Below, piece after piece: positions 25,321 through 38,180 of a DNA stretch of 64,000 nt. Position numbers and translations under genes: made by a program. The DNA comes from the human T2T-CHM13v2.0 reference genome, Homo sapiens: NCBI RefSeq assembly GCF_009914755.1, contig NC_060930.1. The stretch is one strand, 5' to 3'. The stretch's first letter is position 1. Every line of letters starts with the position of its first letter. Below the pieces are notes generated by a model. It had not been told where the DNA came from. It worked only from the letters and a program-made list of their open reading frames with translations, and searched no databases.

Positions 25321-26418
25321 GAAGTTTGTTATTCTATGGGAAGCTGGAATTCTGAGAGAAAATCCATAGTCTTTCTAGTGTGAACAACCAAGACAAAGTT
25401 CCAGGCAACCATAGCCACTGGCAAATTAGAAAGAAATCCCATAAATAAAAAACCAGAGAGGGGAACCCCAAATTCTGTCTATAAACTCTGCCCAAGTTTC
25501 CGAGTGACCCTTGAACCACACATGAACCAACAAAATAATGTATGGATAGATTCTGGATAAGAATAAAATAATTGTTTTGGCATATTTCAAGAATTTGTTT
25601 CAAGATTTAAGGCTCCTTTTAGCAGTTCTTGTAGTGCTGGCTTGGTAGTGGTGAATTCTCTTAATATTTTTTTTATCTGCAAATGACTATATCTTTTCTT
25701 CATTTATGAAGCTTAGTTTCACTGGATATAAAATTCTTGAGTGATAATTGTTTTGTTTAAGGGCCCCAATTTCTGGAAATATATAACCCTCCTAGATTGA
25801 ACCAGGAAGAAATAGAAACTCTGAACAGACCAATAATAAGCAGTGAGATTGAAATGGTAATAAAAAAATAGCCAACAAAAAAGTCCAGGACCAGACAAAT
25901 TCACAGCTGAATTCTATCAGACATTAAAAGAACAATTGGTATTAATTCTGTTGACACTATTCCACAAGATAAAGAGGGAATCCTCCCTAAATCATTCTAT
26001 GAAGCCAGTATCACCCTAATACCAAAACCAGGAAAGGACGTAACAAAAAAAGAAAACTACAGACCAATATACCTGATGAATATAGATGCAAAAATCCTTA
26101 ACAAAATACTAGCTAACCGAATCCAACAGCATATCCGAAAGATAATCCACCATGATTCAGTGGGTTTCATGCCAGGGATGCAGGGATGGTTTAACATACA
26201 TAGGTCAATAAATGTGATACACCACATAAACAGAATTAAAAACAAAAATCACATGATCATTTCAATAGATGCAGAAAAAACATTTGACAAAATCTAGCAC
26301 CACTTTATGATTAAAACCCTCAGCAAAATCAGCATAGAAGGGACATACCTTAAGGTAATAAAAGCCATCTATGACAAATCCACAGCCAACATAATACTGA
26401 ATGCGGAAGAGTTGAAAG

Positions 26419-27836
26419 TGAGAGGTGACGGCGTGCTGGGAGTCCTCACAGCCCTCCCTCGCTCTCGGCGCCTCCTCTGCCTGGGCTCCCATTTTGTCAG
26501 CACTTGAGGAGCCCTTCAGCCCACCGCTGCACTGTGGGAGCCCCTTTCTAGGCTGGCCAAGGCCGGAGCCGGCTCCCTCAGCTTGCAGAGAGGTGTGGAG
26601 GGAGAGGCGCGAGCGGGAACTGGGGCTACGCGCGGCGCTTGCGGGCCAGCTGGAGTTCCGGGTGGGCGTGGGCTTGGCGGGCCCCGTGAGCAGCCGGCCG
26701 GCCCTGCAGCCCTGGGCAATTAGGGGCTTAGCACCCGGGCCAGCGGCTGCGGAGGGTGTACTGGGTCCCCCAGCAGTGCCAGCCCGCCGGCGCTGCGCTC
26801 GATTTCTCGCCGGCCTTAGCTGCCTTCCCAAGGGGCAGGGCTGGGGACCTGCAGCCCACCGTGCCTGAGCCTCCCACCGGCTCAGTGGGCTCCTGTGCGC
26901 CGGGAGCCTCCCGATGTGCGCCGCTCCCTGCTCCACGGAGCCCAGTCCCATCGACCACCCAAGGGCTGAGGAGTGCGGGCGCATGGCGCGGGATTGGCAG
27001 GCAGCTCCACCTGCAGCCCCAGTGCGAGATCCACTGGGTGAAGCCAGCTGGGCTCCTGAGTCTGGTGGGGCCTTGGAGAACCTTTGTGTCTAGCTCGGGG
27101 ATTGTAAATACACCAATCGGCACTCTGTATCTAGCTCAAGGTTTGTAAACAATCAGCACCCTTTGTCTAGCTCAGGGTTTGTGAATGCATCAATCAACAC
27201 TGTATCTAGCTACTCTGGTGGGGCCTTGGGAAACCTTTGTGTCTAGCTCAGGAATTGTAAATACACCAATGGGCACTCTGTATCTAGCTCAAGGTTTGTA
27301 AACACAGCAATCAGCACCCTGTGTCTAGCTCAGGGTTTGTGAATGCACCAATCAACACTATCTAGGTACTCTGGTGGTGCCTTGGGGAACCTTTGTGTCT
27401 AGCTCAGGGATTGTAAATGCACCAATCAGCGCCCTGTCAAAACAGACCACACGGCTCTACCAATCAGCAGGATGTGGGTGGGGCCAGATAACAGAATAAA
27501 AGCAGGCTGCCCCGGCCAGCAGTGGCAACCCTTTCCGGTCCCCTTCCACACTGTGGAAGCTTTGTTCTTTTGCTCTTTGCAATAAATCCTGCTGCTGCTC
27601 ACTCTTTGGATCCACACTGCCTTTATGAGCTGTAACACTCACCACGAAGGTCTGCAGCTTCACTCCTGAGCCAGCGAGACCACGAACCCACCAGAAGGAA
27701 GAAACTCTGAACACATCTGAACATCAGAAGGAACATACTCGGACACGCCACCTTTAAGAACTGTAACACTCACCACGAGGGTCTGCGGCTTCATTCTTGA
27801 AGTCAGTGAGACCAAGAACCCCCAATTCCAGACACA
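26419..27836 (+). mobile_element. LTR12C (ERV9) solo LTR, full length
   Basis: tgagaggtgacggcgtgctgg...ccaattccagacaca with exact 4-bp TSD aaag (26415-26418 and 27837-27840); CpG-rich U3; tandem subrepeats at about 27060-27430. Confidence 0.95.
27420..27590 (+). promoter_or_regulatory. LTR12C core promoter and poly(A) signal
   Basis: CCAAT boxes at 27422 and 27460, GATAA near 27487, TATA-like aataaaa at 27495-27501, AATAAA at 27581; this is the known ERV9 LTR layout, and activity here is not shown. Confidence 0.6.
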
Positions 27837-29374
27837 AAAGCATTCCCCCTGAAAGCTAGACAAGACAAGGATACTCTCTCTCACCACTGTTATCTAACAT
27901 AGTACTGGAAGTCTACAGATGCCTACTCTCATGACTTCTATTCAACATAGTACTTCAAGTCCCAGCCAGAGCAATCAGACAAGAGAAAGAAATAAAAGAC
28001 ATCCAAATTGGTAAACAATTTACCTCTCACCATTTGCTGTTGATATGATTGTATACCTAGAAAACCCTAAAGACTCCTCCAAAAAGCTCCTAGAACTGAT
28101 AAATGAATTCAGCAAAGTTTCAGGATACAAAATTAATGTGCACAAATCAGTAGCTCTGCTATACACCAACAGCGACTAAGCTGAAAATCAAATCAAGAAC
28201 TTAACGTCTTTTACAATAGCTGCAAAAAAATAAAACACGTAGGAATATATCTAACTAGGGAAGTGAAAGACCTCTGTAAGGAAGACTACAAAACACTGCT
28301 AAAAGAAATCATGGATGACACAAACAAATGGAAACACATTTCATGCTCACAAATGGGTAGAATCAATATTGTGAACATGAGCACACTGCCAAAAGCAATC
28401 TACAAATTCAATGCAATTCCCACCAAAATACAATCATCATTCTTCACAGAACTAGAAAAAACTATTCTAAAAGTGAAATGGAACCAAAAAAGAGCCCACA
28501 TAGCCAAAGCAAGATTAAGCAAAAAGAACAAATCTGGAGGCATCACATTACCTGACTTCAAACTATACTATAAGACCACTGAAACAACATGGTATAAACA
28601 TGTTGTATACATGGTATAAAATACATGGTATAAAAATAGACATGTAGACCAATGGAACAGAATAGAGAACCCAGAAATAAAGCCAGACACTTAACAGTCA
28701 ACTTATCTTAGACAAAGCAAAGCGAAACAAAGTGGGGAAAGGGCACCCTATTCAACAAATGGTGCTGGGATACTTGGCAAGCCACATGTAGAAGGATGAA
28801 ACTGGATCCTCATCTCTCACTTTATACAAAAATCAACACCAGATGGATCAAAAACTTAAATCTAAGACCTGAAACCATAACAATTCTAGAACATAACTTT
28901 GAAAAAATCCTTCTAGACATTGGCTTAGGCAAAGACTTCATGACCAATAACCCAAAAGCAAATGAAACAAAAACAAAGATAAATAGATGGGACTTAATTA
29001 AACTACAAAGCTTCTGCTTAGCAAAAGAAATAATCAGCAGAGTATACAGAAAACCAACAGAGTGGGAGAAAAATCTTCACAATCTATACTTCCCACAAAG
29101 GATTAGTATCCAGAATCTATGAAGAACTCAAACAAATCAACAAGAAAAAAATAAACAATACTATCAAAAAGTGGGTTAAGGACATGAATAGATAATTCTC
29201 AAAAGAGGATATACAAACAGCCAAAAAACATACGAAAAAATGCTCAACATCACTAATGACTGGGGAAATGCAAATCAAAACCACAATGTGATACCACCTT
29301 ACACTTGGAAAAATGGCCATAATAAAAAAAAATAATAAAATAGATGTTGGCATGGATGTGGTGAAAAGGTAACC

Positions 29375-29672
29375 TTTTTTTCTTTCTTTTTTTTTTTTGA
29401 GATGGAGTCTTGCTCTGGAGTGCAGTGGTGCGTGTGATCTTGGCTCACTGCAACCTCCGCCTCCCAGGTTCAAACAATTCTTATGCCTCAGGCTCCTGAG
29501 TAGCTGGGATTACAGACATACGTCACCAGGCCTGGCTAATTTTTGTATTTTTAGCGGAGACAGGGTTTCACCACATTGGCCAGGCTGGTCTTGAACTCCT
29601 GATTTCAGGTGATCTGCCCGCCTCAGCCCCCCAAATTGCTGGGATTACAGGTGTCAGCCACCATACCTGGCC
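29375..29672 (-). mobile_element. AluS (Sx/Sz-like) inserted in L1PB1
   Basis: Alu body with poly-T tail; TSD aaaaggtaacctttt/aaaatgtaacactttt. Confidence 0.92.
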
Positions 29673-30191
29673 AAAAATGTAACACTTTTACACTGCTGTT
29701 GGGAATGTAAACTAGTACAACCACTATGGAAAACAGTGTGGAGATTCCTTAAAGAACTAAAAGTAGAACTATCATTTGATCCAGCAGTCCCACTACTGGG
29801 TATCTGCCCAGAGGAAAAGAAGTTATCATATGAAAAAGATACTTGCAGAAATATGTTTATAGCACCACAATCCACAATTGCAAAAATATGGAAGCAGCCC
29901 AAATGCCCATCAATCAATGAGTGGATAAAGGAATTGTGATATATATAAACACCATGGAATACTATGCAGCCATAAAAAGGAATGAAATAATGGCATTCAC
30001 AGCAACCTGGATGGAATTGGAGACTGTTATTCTAGGTGGAGCAACTCAGGAATGGAAACCCAAATATCGTATGTTTTCATTCATAAGTGAGAGCTAAGCT
30101 ATGAAGAGGCAAATGCATAAGAATGAATCAATGGACTTTGGAGACTTGGGAGAAAGGGTGTTAGGTGGTGAGGGATAAAAGACTACACATT

Positions 30192-30471
30192 GGCTGAGCA
30201 TGGTGGCTCATGCCTGTAATCTCAGCACTTTGGGAGGCCAAGGCTCACTTGAGACCAGGAGTTCAATACCAGCCTGGCAAACATGGGGAAATTCCATCTC
30301 TACTAAAAATATAAAAAGTTAGCTGGGCACAATGGCACATGCCTGTACTCCCAGCTACTCAGAAGGCTGAGGCATGAGAATTGCTTGAATGTGGGAGGCA
30401 GAGGTTGCAGTGAGCCAAGATCACACCACTGCACTCCAGCCAGGGCAATAGAGCAAGGCTGTCTAAAAAAC
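30192..30471 (+). mobile_element. Alu (older J/S type) inserted in the L1PB1 3'UTR
   Basis: ggctgagcatggtggctcatgcctgtaat...; TSD aagactaca on both sides. Confidence 0.92.
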
Positions 30472-33400
30472 AAGACTACATAATTTTTACAGTGTGCACT
30501 GCTCGGGTGATAGTTGCACCAGAATCTCAGAAATCACCATTAAAGGACTTATTAATGCAAATGAACACCACCTGTTTCCCAAAAGCCTATTGAACTAATA
30601 AATAAATTAATTAAAATGTGCAAAAAAAGTCTAGAATGAAAAAAGAATAAAAGAGCTGATTTGAGATTTACATTGTGACCCAAAAGACAGAATATGATGT
30701 TTGAGTCCAATCGGTTAATTGTCTAATAAAACATTCTTGAAGGATGAGTAAAACAGATTTTACAGTCTCCACAAGATAACATTCACATTGCCATAGATAT
30801 AACAGATGTATCTCATTATCTACAGAACCAGGAAAATATGACTCATTCATAAGAGAAAATGTTATTAATGGAGACTAACCCTGAGATGATCCAAATGTTG
30901 GAATTAGAAGACAAATATTTAAAACAGCAACTGTAACTGTGCTCTAGGATATAAAGGAAAGTATACTGACAATCAATGAAAGCATGGGAAATATCAGTTA
31001 AGAAATAGAAACTATTAACAAAAACAGGACTAAGTGCAAATTATAAAACTCAAGAATACAGTATCTAAACTAAAGACAAACAAAAAGAAACACTGGACAA
31101 GCTTAACAGCAGAGTAAAGACAACAATAGAAAGAAACAGAGATTCACTGTTCACAGCAACCTGGATGGAATTGGAGACCATTATTCTAAGTGAAGTGACC
31201 CAGGAATGGAAAGTATACTTACAATCAGATTCAGAAAATAGAGCAATAAAAATTATCCAACCTGAAGAACAGAGAGAAAATAATAAAAAAAAAATGAATA
31301 GCCTTCCAAGGGAGTGATGGGATGATTTCAAAAGATCTAACAAATGATCATTGGAATCTCAAAAAAAAGAGATACTGGGATAAAAAAAAAGTGGCCAAAA
31401 CCTCCCCAAATGTAGTGAAAGTCATAAATTCAGGAAGTCCAGTGAACTGCAAGCAGGACAACTACAAATAAAACCATATTTAGCATCTAGGACAGTCAGA
31501 GTCAAACTGCTAAATATCAAAGACAGACTCTTGAAAGCAGCTAAAGATAAATAACACATTACATATTGAGGAACATCAATTTGAATTATCACTGCCTTCA
31601 GAAACTATGGAGAATAGAAGACAGTACAACATGTTCAAAGTGCAGAGAGAGAAGCTGCCAACCAGAATTTTATATGCAACAAAAATATCCCTTGAGAATA
31701 AAGGCAAAATAAAGATATTTTCAGATATAAGAAAGCTAAGAAAACTCATTACTAGAAGACCTGTCATATAAGATATAGCAAAAATAAGCTCTTTAGACTG
31801 AGAAGAACTACCACATTATATCTTCAGGAAGGAGGGAAGCATTAAAAAGGTAAATATCTGAGAAAATAAAACATTGTTTTTCCTTTAATTTCTGTATAAA
31901 ACACAGGACTGTTTAAAACAAAATTAAAACATATTTTTGTGGATTTATAATGTATGTAGACTTAAATATATGACAACTATGGCAAGTTGTCATATATCCT
32001 TACAAAAGAGTAAGGATAAATTGACCTATATTGTTGCAATTTCTGTCCTTTAATTGAAATAGTACAATATTGACTATAAGTAGAATGTAAAAGTCAAGAA
32101 TGTATATTGTAATCACTACAGCAACCCATAAAATAATGCAAAGAACTTAAAAATCAGTATACAAGTTGAAATGAAATTCTAAAAATTATTCAAATTATCC
32201 AAAAGAAGGAAGAAAAGGAGAAACAGGAGAATCAAACAAACAGAAAACAAATAATAAAGTGGTATACATAAATCCAATCACATCAGTAATTGTGACAAAT
32301 GCAAATAGACTACATACTCCAACTAACAGGCAGAGATTATCAAAATAGACTAAAAATCTCCACTGTATACTGCCTACATGAGACAGACTTTAAATATAAT
32401 AACACATCTAGGTTGGAAGTTAATATAAAAAATATGCCTTGCAAATAGAAGGCATCAGAAAACTAGAGAGACTATTCTAATATCAGAAATTATGAACTTC
32501 AAGACAAATAGTATTACCAACAATAAAAAGGGATATTTCATAATGATTAAAATTTCAACTTATCAGAAAGATATAATAATAATAAATATGCATGTGCTCA
32601 GCAACAGAAATAAAAAATACATAAGACAAAAATGACAGAATTAAGGGAAGCAATGAATAATTCTGCAATCATAGTTGGAGATTTTAATATTCCTTTACTG
32701 GCAACTGATGAGTGACTAAAACAAAAAATAATCAGTAAGGCCATAGATAATTCGATCAGCAGTATTAACTTGACCTACATAGTATTTATATAATACTATA
32801 CCCAGTGACCTTTAAAAGTGCTGATAATTTTTTTTCCTTATTTAAATACGGTTACATGAGTATGTCCACTTTGTTAAAATTCGTTGAGTTGTACCGTTAT
32901 TTTGTACTTGTATGTTTTACAATTTGATTTATTAAAATTCTATACACTGGCAGTAACATACCAAATCGATTGGTAGGAAAAAAATAACACTGGAAGCAGG
33001 AAGGCCAATAGGTGTTATTCCAGCAGATAGTGTGAGAGATGAAGGAATCAAATCTGTGCAGATACTGAGGGAGGTAGAACTGACAATGTGTTTTAACCCA
33101 TTTGATGTGGGAGGTCTCAGCAAGGGGAGAACCAAAGATGACCTTAGGGCTTCAGACTTGGGAGATATGTCCGTTTTGGGCTGTTCCCCAATGCAGAGGA
33201 TGCAAGAGGAGAGCAGTTTGAACAGTGATGTGGATCACTCTGAATTAAACCCTGAATTACAAAAGTCATTCATTAGATTTACTCCTTAGTTTGATTGTTG
33301 CCAGGCCCATTCTGCGATTTATAACTTTTGCCCAGTTTTCAGAAACCGAATACAGAATGAAAGATTAAAATATATTTCAGGGTTAAATGATTGATAATGT

Positions 33401-35074
33401 GTGCCAAAAATGTTTATTACCTTATTCTTACTATCACTTACTAACTTTCCCATATCTTTTACAATGCTTTATACAATTTATTTCTACCAGACATGCAACA
33501 ATTAAAGATTCACTTATGATCAATATTGGATATAAAGATAGTGAGAAGAAAATGTAAATTCAAAGAAAGACTATTTTATATCTACAGCTGCCTTCCTAAA
33601 CACGAATTAAAAATATGTCCAAAGGAGGATTTCTTGGAAAAAGCTATACAAATGAATAATTTGCCTTTTTGAAACATAATTTAAAAACACACAAACAAAA
33701 AGAGCTTAAGAATACAAACTTGTAGTTTTTAAATCACTTTCTTGGTCTTAAAGATTCATCTTTTTAATGAACAAATTTATAGAAAATCACCATCTCTTAA
33801 GCATAATGTATATAAAGTATTTGAAGTAATAAGCAGAAACTATAAACATAATAAAATCCTTGGGTTTGGGATTGTTCTGCATTCTATCAAACAGTAATTT
33901 ATTATAAGAATCTTTTCTGAGTATCATTTTTCTTTGAATGAAATGATTTCAAAAAATTACTGGTAACCTAGTTTTCAGAACACTTCCCATCCTATTCCAA
34001 AGATACGATTTTTTAAATTCTGAAAACAGCACATAACAATTCACATAAACATAGACCCCCAGGGGCAAAGTGCAAAAATATATTAGGAGAGAACTGCAAG
34101 GACATACCAAGCAGACAGTGCTTTTGAATAGAGAAATAGAAGCTCTCTTCACAAAGAACCGAGGGGATCTATTTGTGGTTTCATATACACATTTTAAAAG
34201 CCCCCAATTGTGGTTTCAGTATCAAAATAATGAAGTGTCAATGGCATTTCTCCTCAGAGTAAAGAATTAATTAAACAACCTCTATAATGATCTGGCTTTT
34301 ATTAGTGCTATTTCTGACATGAGACCCTTTTACCTTGGTTCTGAATTACATGAATCCTTGTGAATGCTTTTATTATAAATACTCATTTTGCTTCCTCATA
34401 TGTGATATGAGTTTCTATGATCATAGGATCACAATTATCCTGTTACTCCTTTCAGAGAATTTGTATAGCTCCTTTGATAAGAGAAACTCAAAGCATGTTG
34501 CAAATACACCATTTACCCCAGCCAATATGAATCACTGCCCTTATTTTAGAAGAATAGCATTACCACCTTTCAGACAAATTGTCAGGCAAAGGGAAGTCTT
34601 AAATCATACCTAAGGACAAGCTACAAGGATAGCAAGAGGACTAAATTCTTTTAATCAAGTAATCAAGAAATCAAGTAATTTTTCCATGATCAAATATGCC
34701 TTGCTTTATGTAATAGATGAGCTACCTTAAAGATTCTTAAAATGAATTGTTTTCAAGTCAAATCATACTTTAATCATTTTAAAGACTCATTCCATATCAA
34801 TGAATCCTGTTAGCAAGATTCATTCCATAGCAATGAATCTTGTTAATTACAGCCATTGAATTTTCAAATGGGAGAATAAAATATATACAATGCATTTTAG
34901 AGAAAAATTACTTTGAATATTCCAGGGAAGACCCACATTTGTAATTTGTCTGAAACATTGTACAAGAGTCATACAATCAAACCATTATAGAAGCCATCAG
35001 GAAATATAACCACAAAGAATGAGGTTTGGTATAAGACAATAAGGGCAGGGGGCGGGTCACTGAGGCCCACATGC

Positions 35075-35320
35075 AAGGGCATGCCGCATTTAAAGGAGCA
35101 ACTAACTGCTGCTTAGCTCTCAAATGGTCTGTGCATGGCATTTCGGAAGGCAAGCTTATTTTAAGACAGTATCTCCTGACTTTTAAAGATACAATGGAAA
35201 CTCATGAGTTCCTGAAAATTTTCTGATGTCCTAAATCAAAATCTTCTAAAATCTTGGACAGACCAGACAAAATATGCTGACTAAATTATAACTGTAGGGC
35301 ACCAAATTGTTATCTTTATA
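35075..35320. mobile_element. MER103C-like hAT element
   Basis: gcatttaaaggagcaactaactgct...tctcctgacttttaaaga...gaccagacaaaata...ggcaccaaattg; diverged. Confidence 0.5.
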
Positions 35321-35734
35321 CAGTAACACAGTGTGAAAAATGCAGCCACTCAGAAGTTAACCTTAAGATCATGACAATGAAAAGAAATCCCAAGAGGTCA
35401 CTGGCCCAGATCTTCTATGTAGGCAAGTCTACACTAAAACTATTGATGATGCTTATATGGCCAATGAATACTCACTGTAGCTATCAACTCATGCCATACA
35501 TTATGCTATGTGGAAGAGAAATGACATTGAACAGGACGTAGTCCTTCTTTTGAGGAGGTTGGGGATTGGTGTCATCCTCTGCCAGTTTTATGTTTCCAAG
35601 TGGCATATGGGCACTCCATTAAGATAATACTCCTGGATTCTGGTCCCATCTCCTTACTCTCCTCTCTCAAGATGTAAGAATGACTTCCTTGATTGGAGAG
35701 TTTCTGAGAAGGGACCTGGAAGTATGTAGGTTGG

Positions 35735-36090
35735 TGCTACGGTCTGAATGTTTATGTCCCCCCCAAATTCATATGTTGAAATCGAATCCCCATTGTGATC
35801 ATATTTGGAGGTGGGACCTTGGAAAGTGACTGGGTCATGAGGGTAGAGCCCTCATTAATGAGATTAGTGCCATTGTAAAAGAGGCCCCAGAGAGAGCCCT
35901 TGCCTCATCCACTATATGAGGACATAGCGAGATGGCACCATCTATGAATCAGAAAGTAGACCCTCACCAGACACCAAATCTACTGGAGCCTTGATTTTGG
36001 GCTTTCCAGCTTCCAGAACTGTGAGAAATAAATTTGTGCTGTCTATAGGCCACTTGTATTTTGTTTTAGCAGCCCACACAGATGAAGACA
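35735..36090 (+). mobile_element. MLT1A0 MaLR solo LTR
   Basis: tgctacggtctgaatgtttatgtcccc...gatgaagaca with perfect 5-bp TSD gttgg (35730-35734 and 36091-36095). Confidence 0.92.
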
Positions 36091-36339
36091 GTTGGCTTCT
36101 TCTCTGTCTTAGGTATTCAACTTCCCACTGTCATCATCTGCTCTTGGCCTAACAGTATGCATGGCATTTTGAATATAACCAGTTCAAGGGAGAGTTTGTC
36201 CCATTTGTCCTCATGTAAGCCATGTTCTGCAATATAGTTTTAAAGGTCAAAAATTGAGGACAGAAAAGTTTGACTCCTCTGTCTCCTTTTCTCTGTGGTC
36301 CCAAGCTGAGGTGAGATAAAAGAATGTTAACACTGAGTT

Positions 36340-37260
36340 TAATCAAAATCTCAACAATTCCTCTAGAACATAAATGGTAGTGGGCAATGCTGATCACTGT
36401 GGTAAGGAAAATATATTATGCTATGAGAGCACATAGGAGAGAGACCTTAACCAGGATTCAGGGAGTCAGAAAAGGTCTATGCAAAAAGCATGAAGAATAA
36501 TTATACGTTTATCCAGGTAAAGGCACAAGCAAGTGTGCAAAAACTGTGTTCTTGGAAGAGGAAACATCATGCACAGAGGCACTGGGGTCAGCATGGCAGA
36601 ATGGAGAAACCAACAATAGCTCAATAGAGTGAGAATGTAGACGACAGGAAAGGAGAGGAAAAGGAGTGAGGCTGGAAGAGCCAGCCAGTTCTAAAGGATC
36701 CCATAAGCCATATGTAGGAATCTCGCTTTCTGAGGAAAAAGAAGGATGCCTCTGAAGAGATTTAGTTGAAAAGTCACATAGTTAGATTTGTAGTTTTTCT
36801 TAGTCTGTTTGAGCTGTTATAACAAAAAACCATAAACTGGGTGGCTTATAAATAACAAACAGGTACGTCATCATGTGGTGGAAAGAGAAAGCAAACTCCC
36901 TTGGGCCTCTTTTATAGAGGCACTTATCCCATCCATGAGGACTCTGCCCTTGTGACCTGATCATCTCCTAAAGGACCTACCTCTTCATACTATTTGCACA
37001 GGGGATTTGATTTCAACATATGAATTTTAGAGAGATGCAGACCATAGCATGTTTTTAAGATAGCCTAAGAAAAAGGAAATCTCACTCTGCCCACAATGTT
37101 ATAAATGGGTTGCAAGCGGCAAGCCTGGAAAGAGATGGACTAATTATTATTGCAAGAATCCAGGCAATAAGTGAAGGTTCCTATTCCAGGAATAAGAGAG
37201 ATTCAAGAGGTATATAGGAAAATTAATCATCAGGTCTCAGGTGAACTTATGACTTCAGAA
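36340..37260 (-). mobile_element. L2 fragment interrupted by an MLT1A LTR
   Basis: tgctatgagagcacataggag...gaggaaacatcatgcacagaggcac...gtgaggctgga...ttattgcaagaatccaggcaa. Confidence 0.65.
36795..37049 (-). mobile_element. MLT1A-like LTR, internally deleted
   Basis: tcttagtctgtttgagctgttataacaaaa...actgggtggcttataaa...tttcaacatatgaatttt...cagaccatagca. Confidence 0.8.
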
Positions 37261-37957
37261 CAAAAAGGTCCTAAGATCCAAGCAGCGTCCCCACACTGCC
37301 CCCTTCCCCCAGTTGCTAGCACTCAATTTGCCTCCAATGCTAAAGCCAGCTGCTAATCTAACTCAAAATCTGTTCTCTCTCAGCTTTGTCAGAGCTAGCA
37401 ACGCACTTGGACTGACAGCATTCCTCAGGGTTCTCAGTGGTGCTACAAACAGTTGAGTCTCTTGCAGCTCCTCCTCAGGCATCCTAGGCCGGGTAGTCCA
37501 CCCCAGCCTCTGCTGTGGGTCGCATTAGCCTGCACCGTGACCAGCCAAGGGCTCCCAACTTAACCCCTAGGTCCTCCTGGGGCAGGATGTGCACTGGAGC
37601 AGGAGGAAGTTTTAGATCTCATCCATACCACCCAAGAATTCAGAGTGGCCAAAAAGTGAAGTTCACAGCCCATTAAAATCACTCTCCATCTAACTTACCT
37701 AACACTTCTTCAATTCAGAAATTTGAACATATCTCTATCGGCTTCACTCATTTCTGACTCTGCTTTAGCCTTCTTTGATAAGACGGGGATTCCTTCAATT
37801 CCTCTTCCTACATGGGTCTCCTTTATGTAAATTCTATGGTCTAGTCCACCAAATCTGGCTTTCAAAGTAAAACTGTCAAGCATTTAATCTCATTGGCCAG
37901 GATTTGAGGAAGACTGCAGGTAGAACACTTTTTATGGGGGGAAAGAATCAATCAATC

Positions 37958-38180
37958 ATAATAACTAACATTTATTGAAAACTTATAAGCCTGTTGAGCA
38001 CTGTTCTAAGTGCTTTTAGATTTAATATCTTTTATCACTACAATAACTCCAGCATATTCCCCATGGTAGAAGAAATTGAGGAGCTAAAGAATTATGAAAC
38101 ATGTCTAGGGTTACATAGCTACTAAGTAGGGGAGCTGAGATTTGAAACCAGGCATTCTGGATCCAGAGCTCACATTCTTT
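37958..38180 (-). mobile_element. MIR SINE
   Basis: ataactaacatttattga...gcactgttctaagtgcttt...ggagctgagatttgaaaccaggca...ccagagctcac. Confidence 0.8.

Larger units (their letters stand above)
25571..30615 (+). mobile_element. L1PB1-like LINE-1, 5'-truncated with a 5' inversion; ORF2 disrupted
   Basis: ORF2 peptides [34 protein letters not shown] and [22 protein letters not shown]; L1PB1-type 3'UTR gagggataaaagactacacatt...atctcagaaatcacc; 25571-25762 is the ORF1 end in antisense. Confidence 0.9.
25340..32810 (+). mobile_element. Old L1M (5'UTR, ORF1, start of ORF2 endonuclease) split by the L1PB1 insertion
   Basis: 5' part at 25340-25570 resumes at about 30650; ORF1 motifs gatgatccaaatgttggaattag and gccaaccagaattttatat; EN motif atcatagttggagattttaat (I-V-G-D-F-N) near 32668. 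Confidence 0.65.

Noticed and set aside
26262-27148. Long GC-rich ORFs of 130-240 aa on both strands
   Set aside because: They lie in the LTR12C U3, where high GC suppresses stop codons. They overlap in several frames and have no recognisable domain.
27060-27430. Regularly spaced repeats that superficially resemble a CRISPR array
   Set aside because: These are the normal LTR12 U3 tandem subrepeats (tgtctagctca units). The spacers are not unique, the context is primate DNA, and there are no cas genes.
28585-28640. Short acatggtataaa repeats in L1PB1
   Set aside because: A simple slippage expansion of native L1 sequence with no sign of function.
35068-35087. p53-like element ccacatgcaagggcatgccg next to a GC box
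   Set aside because: The first half-site has four mismatches to RRRCWWGYYY and it sits at the edge of a MER103-like repeat. Too weak to call.
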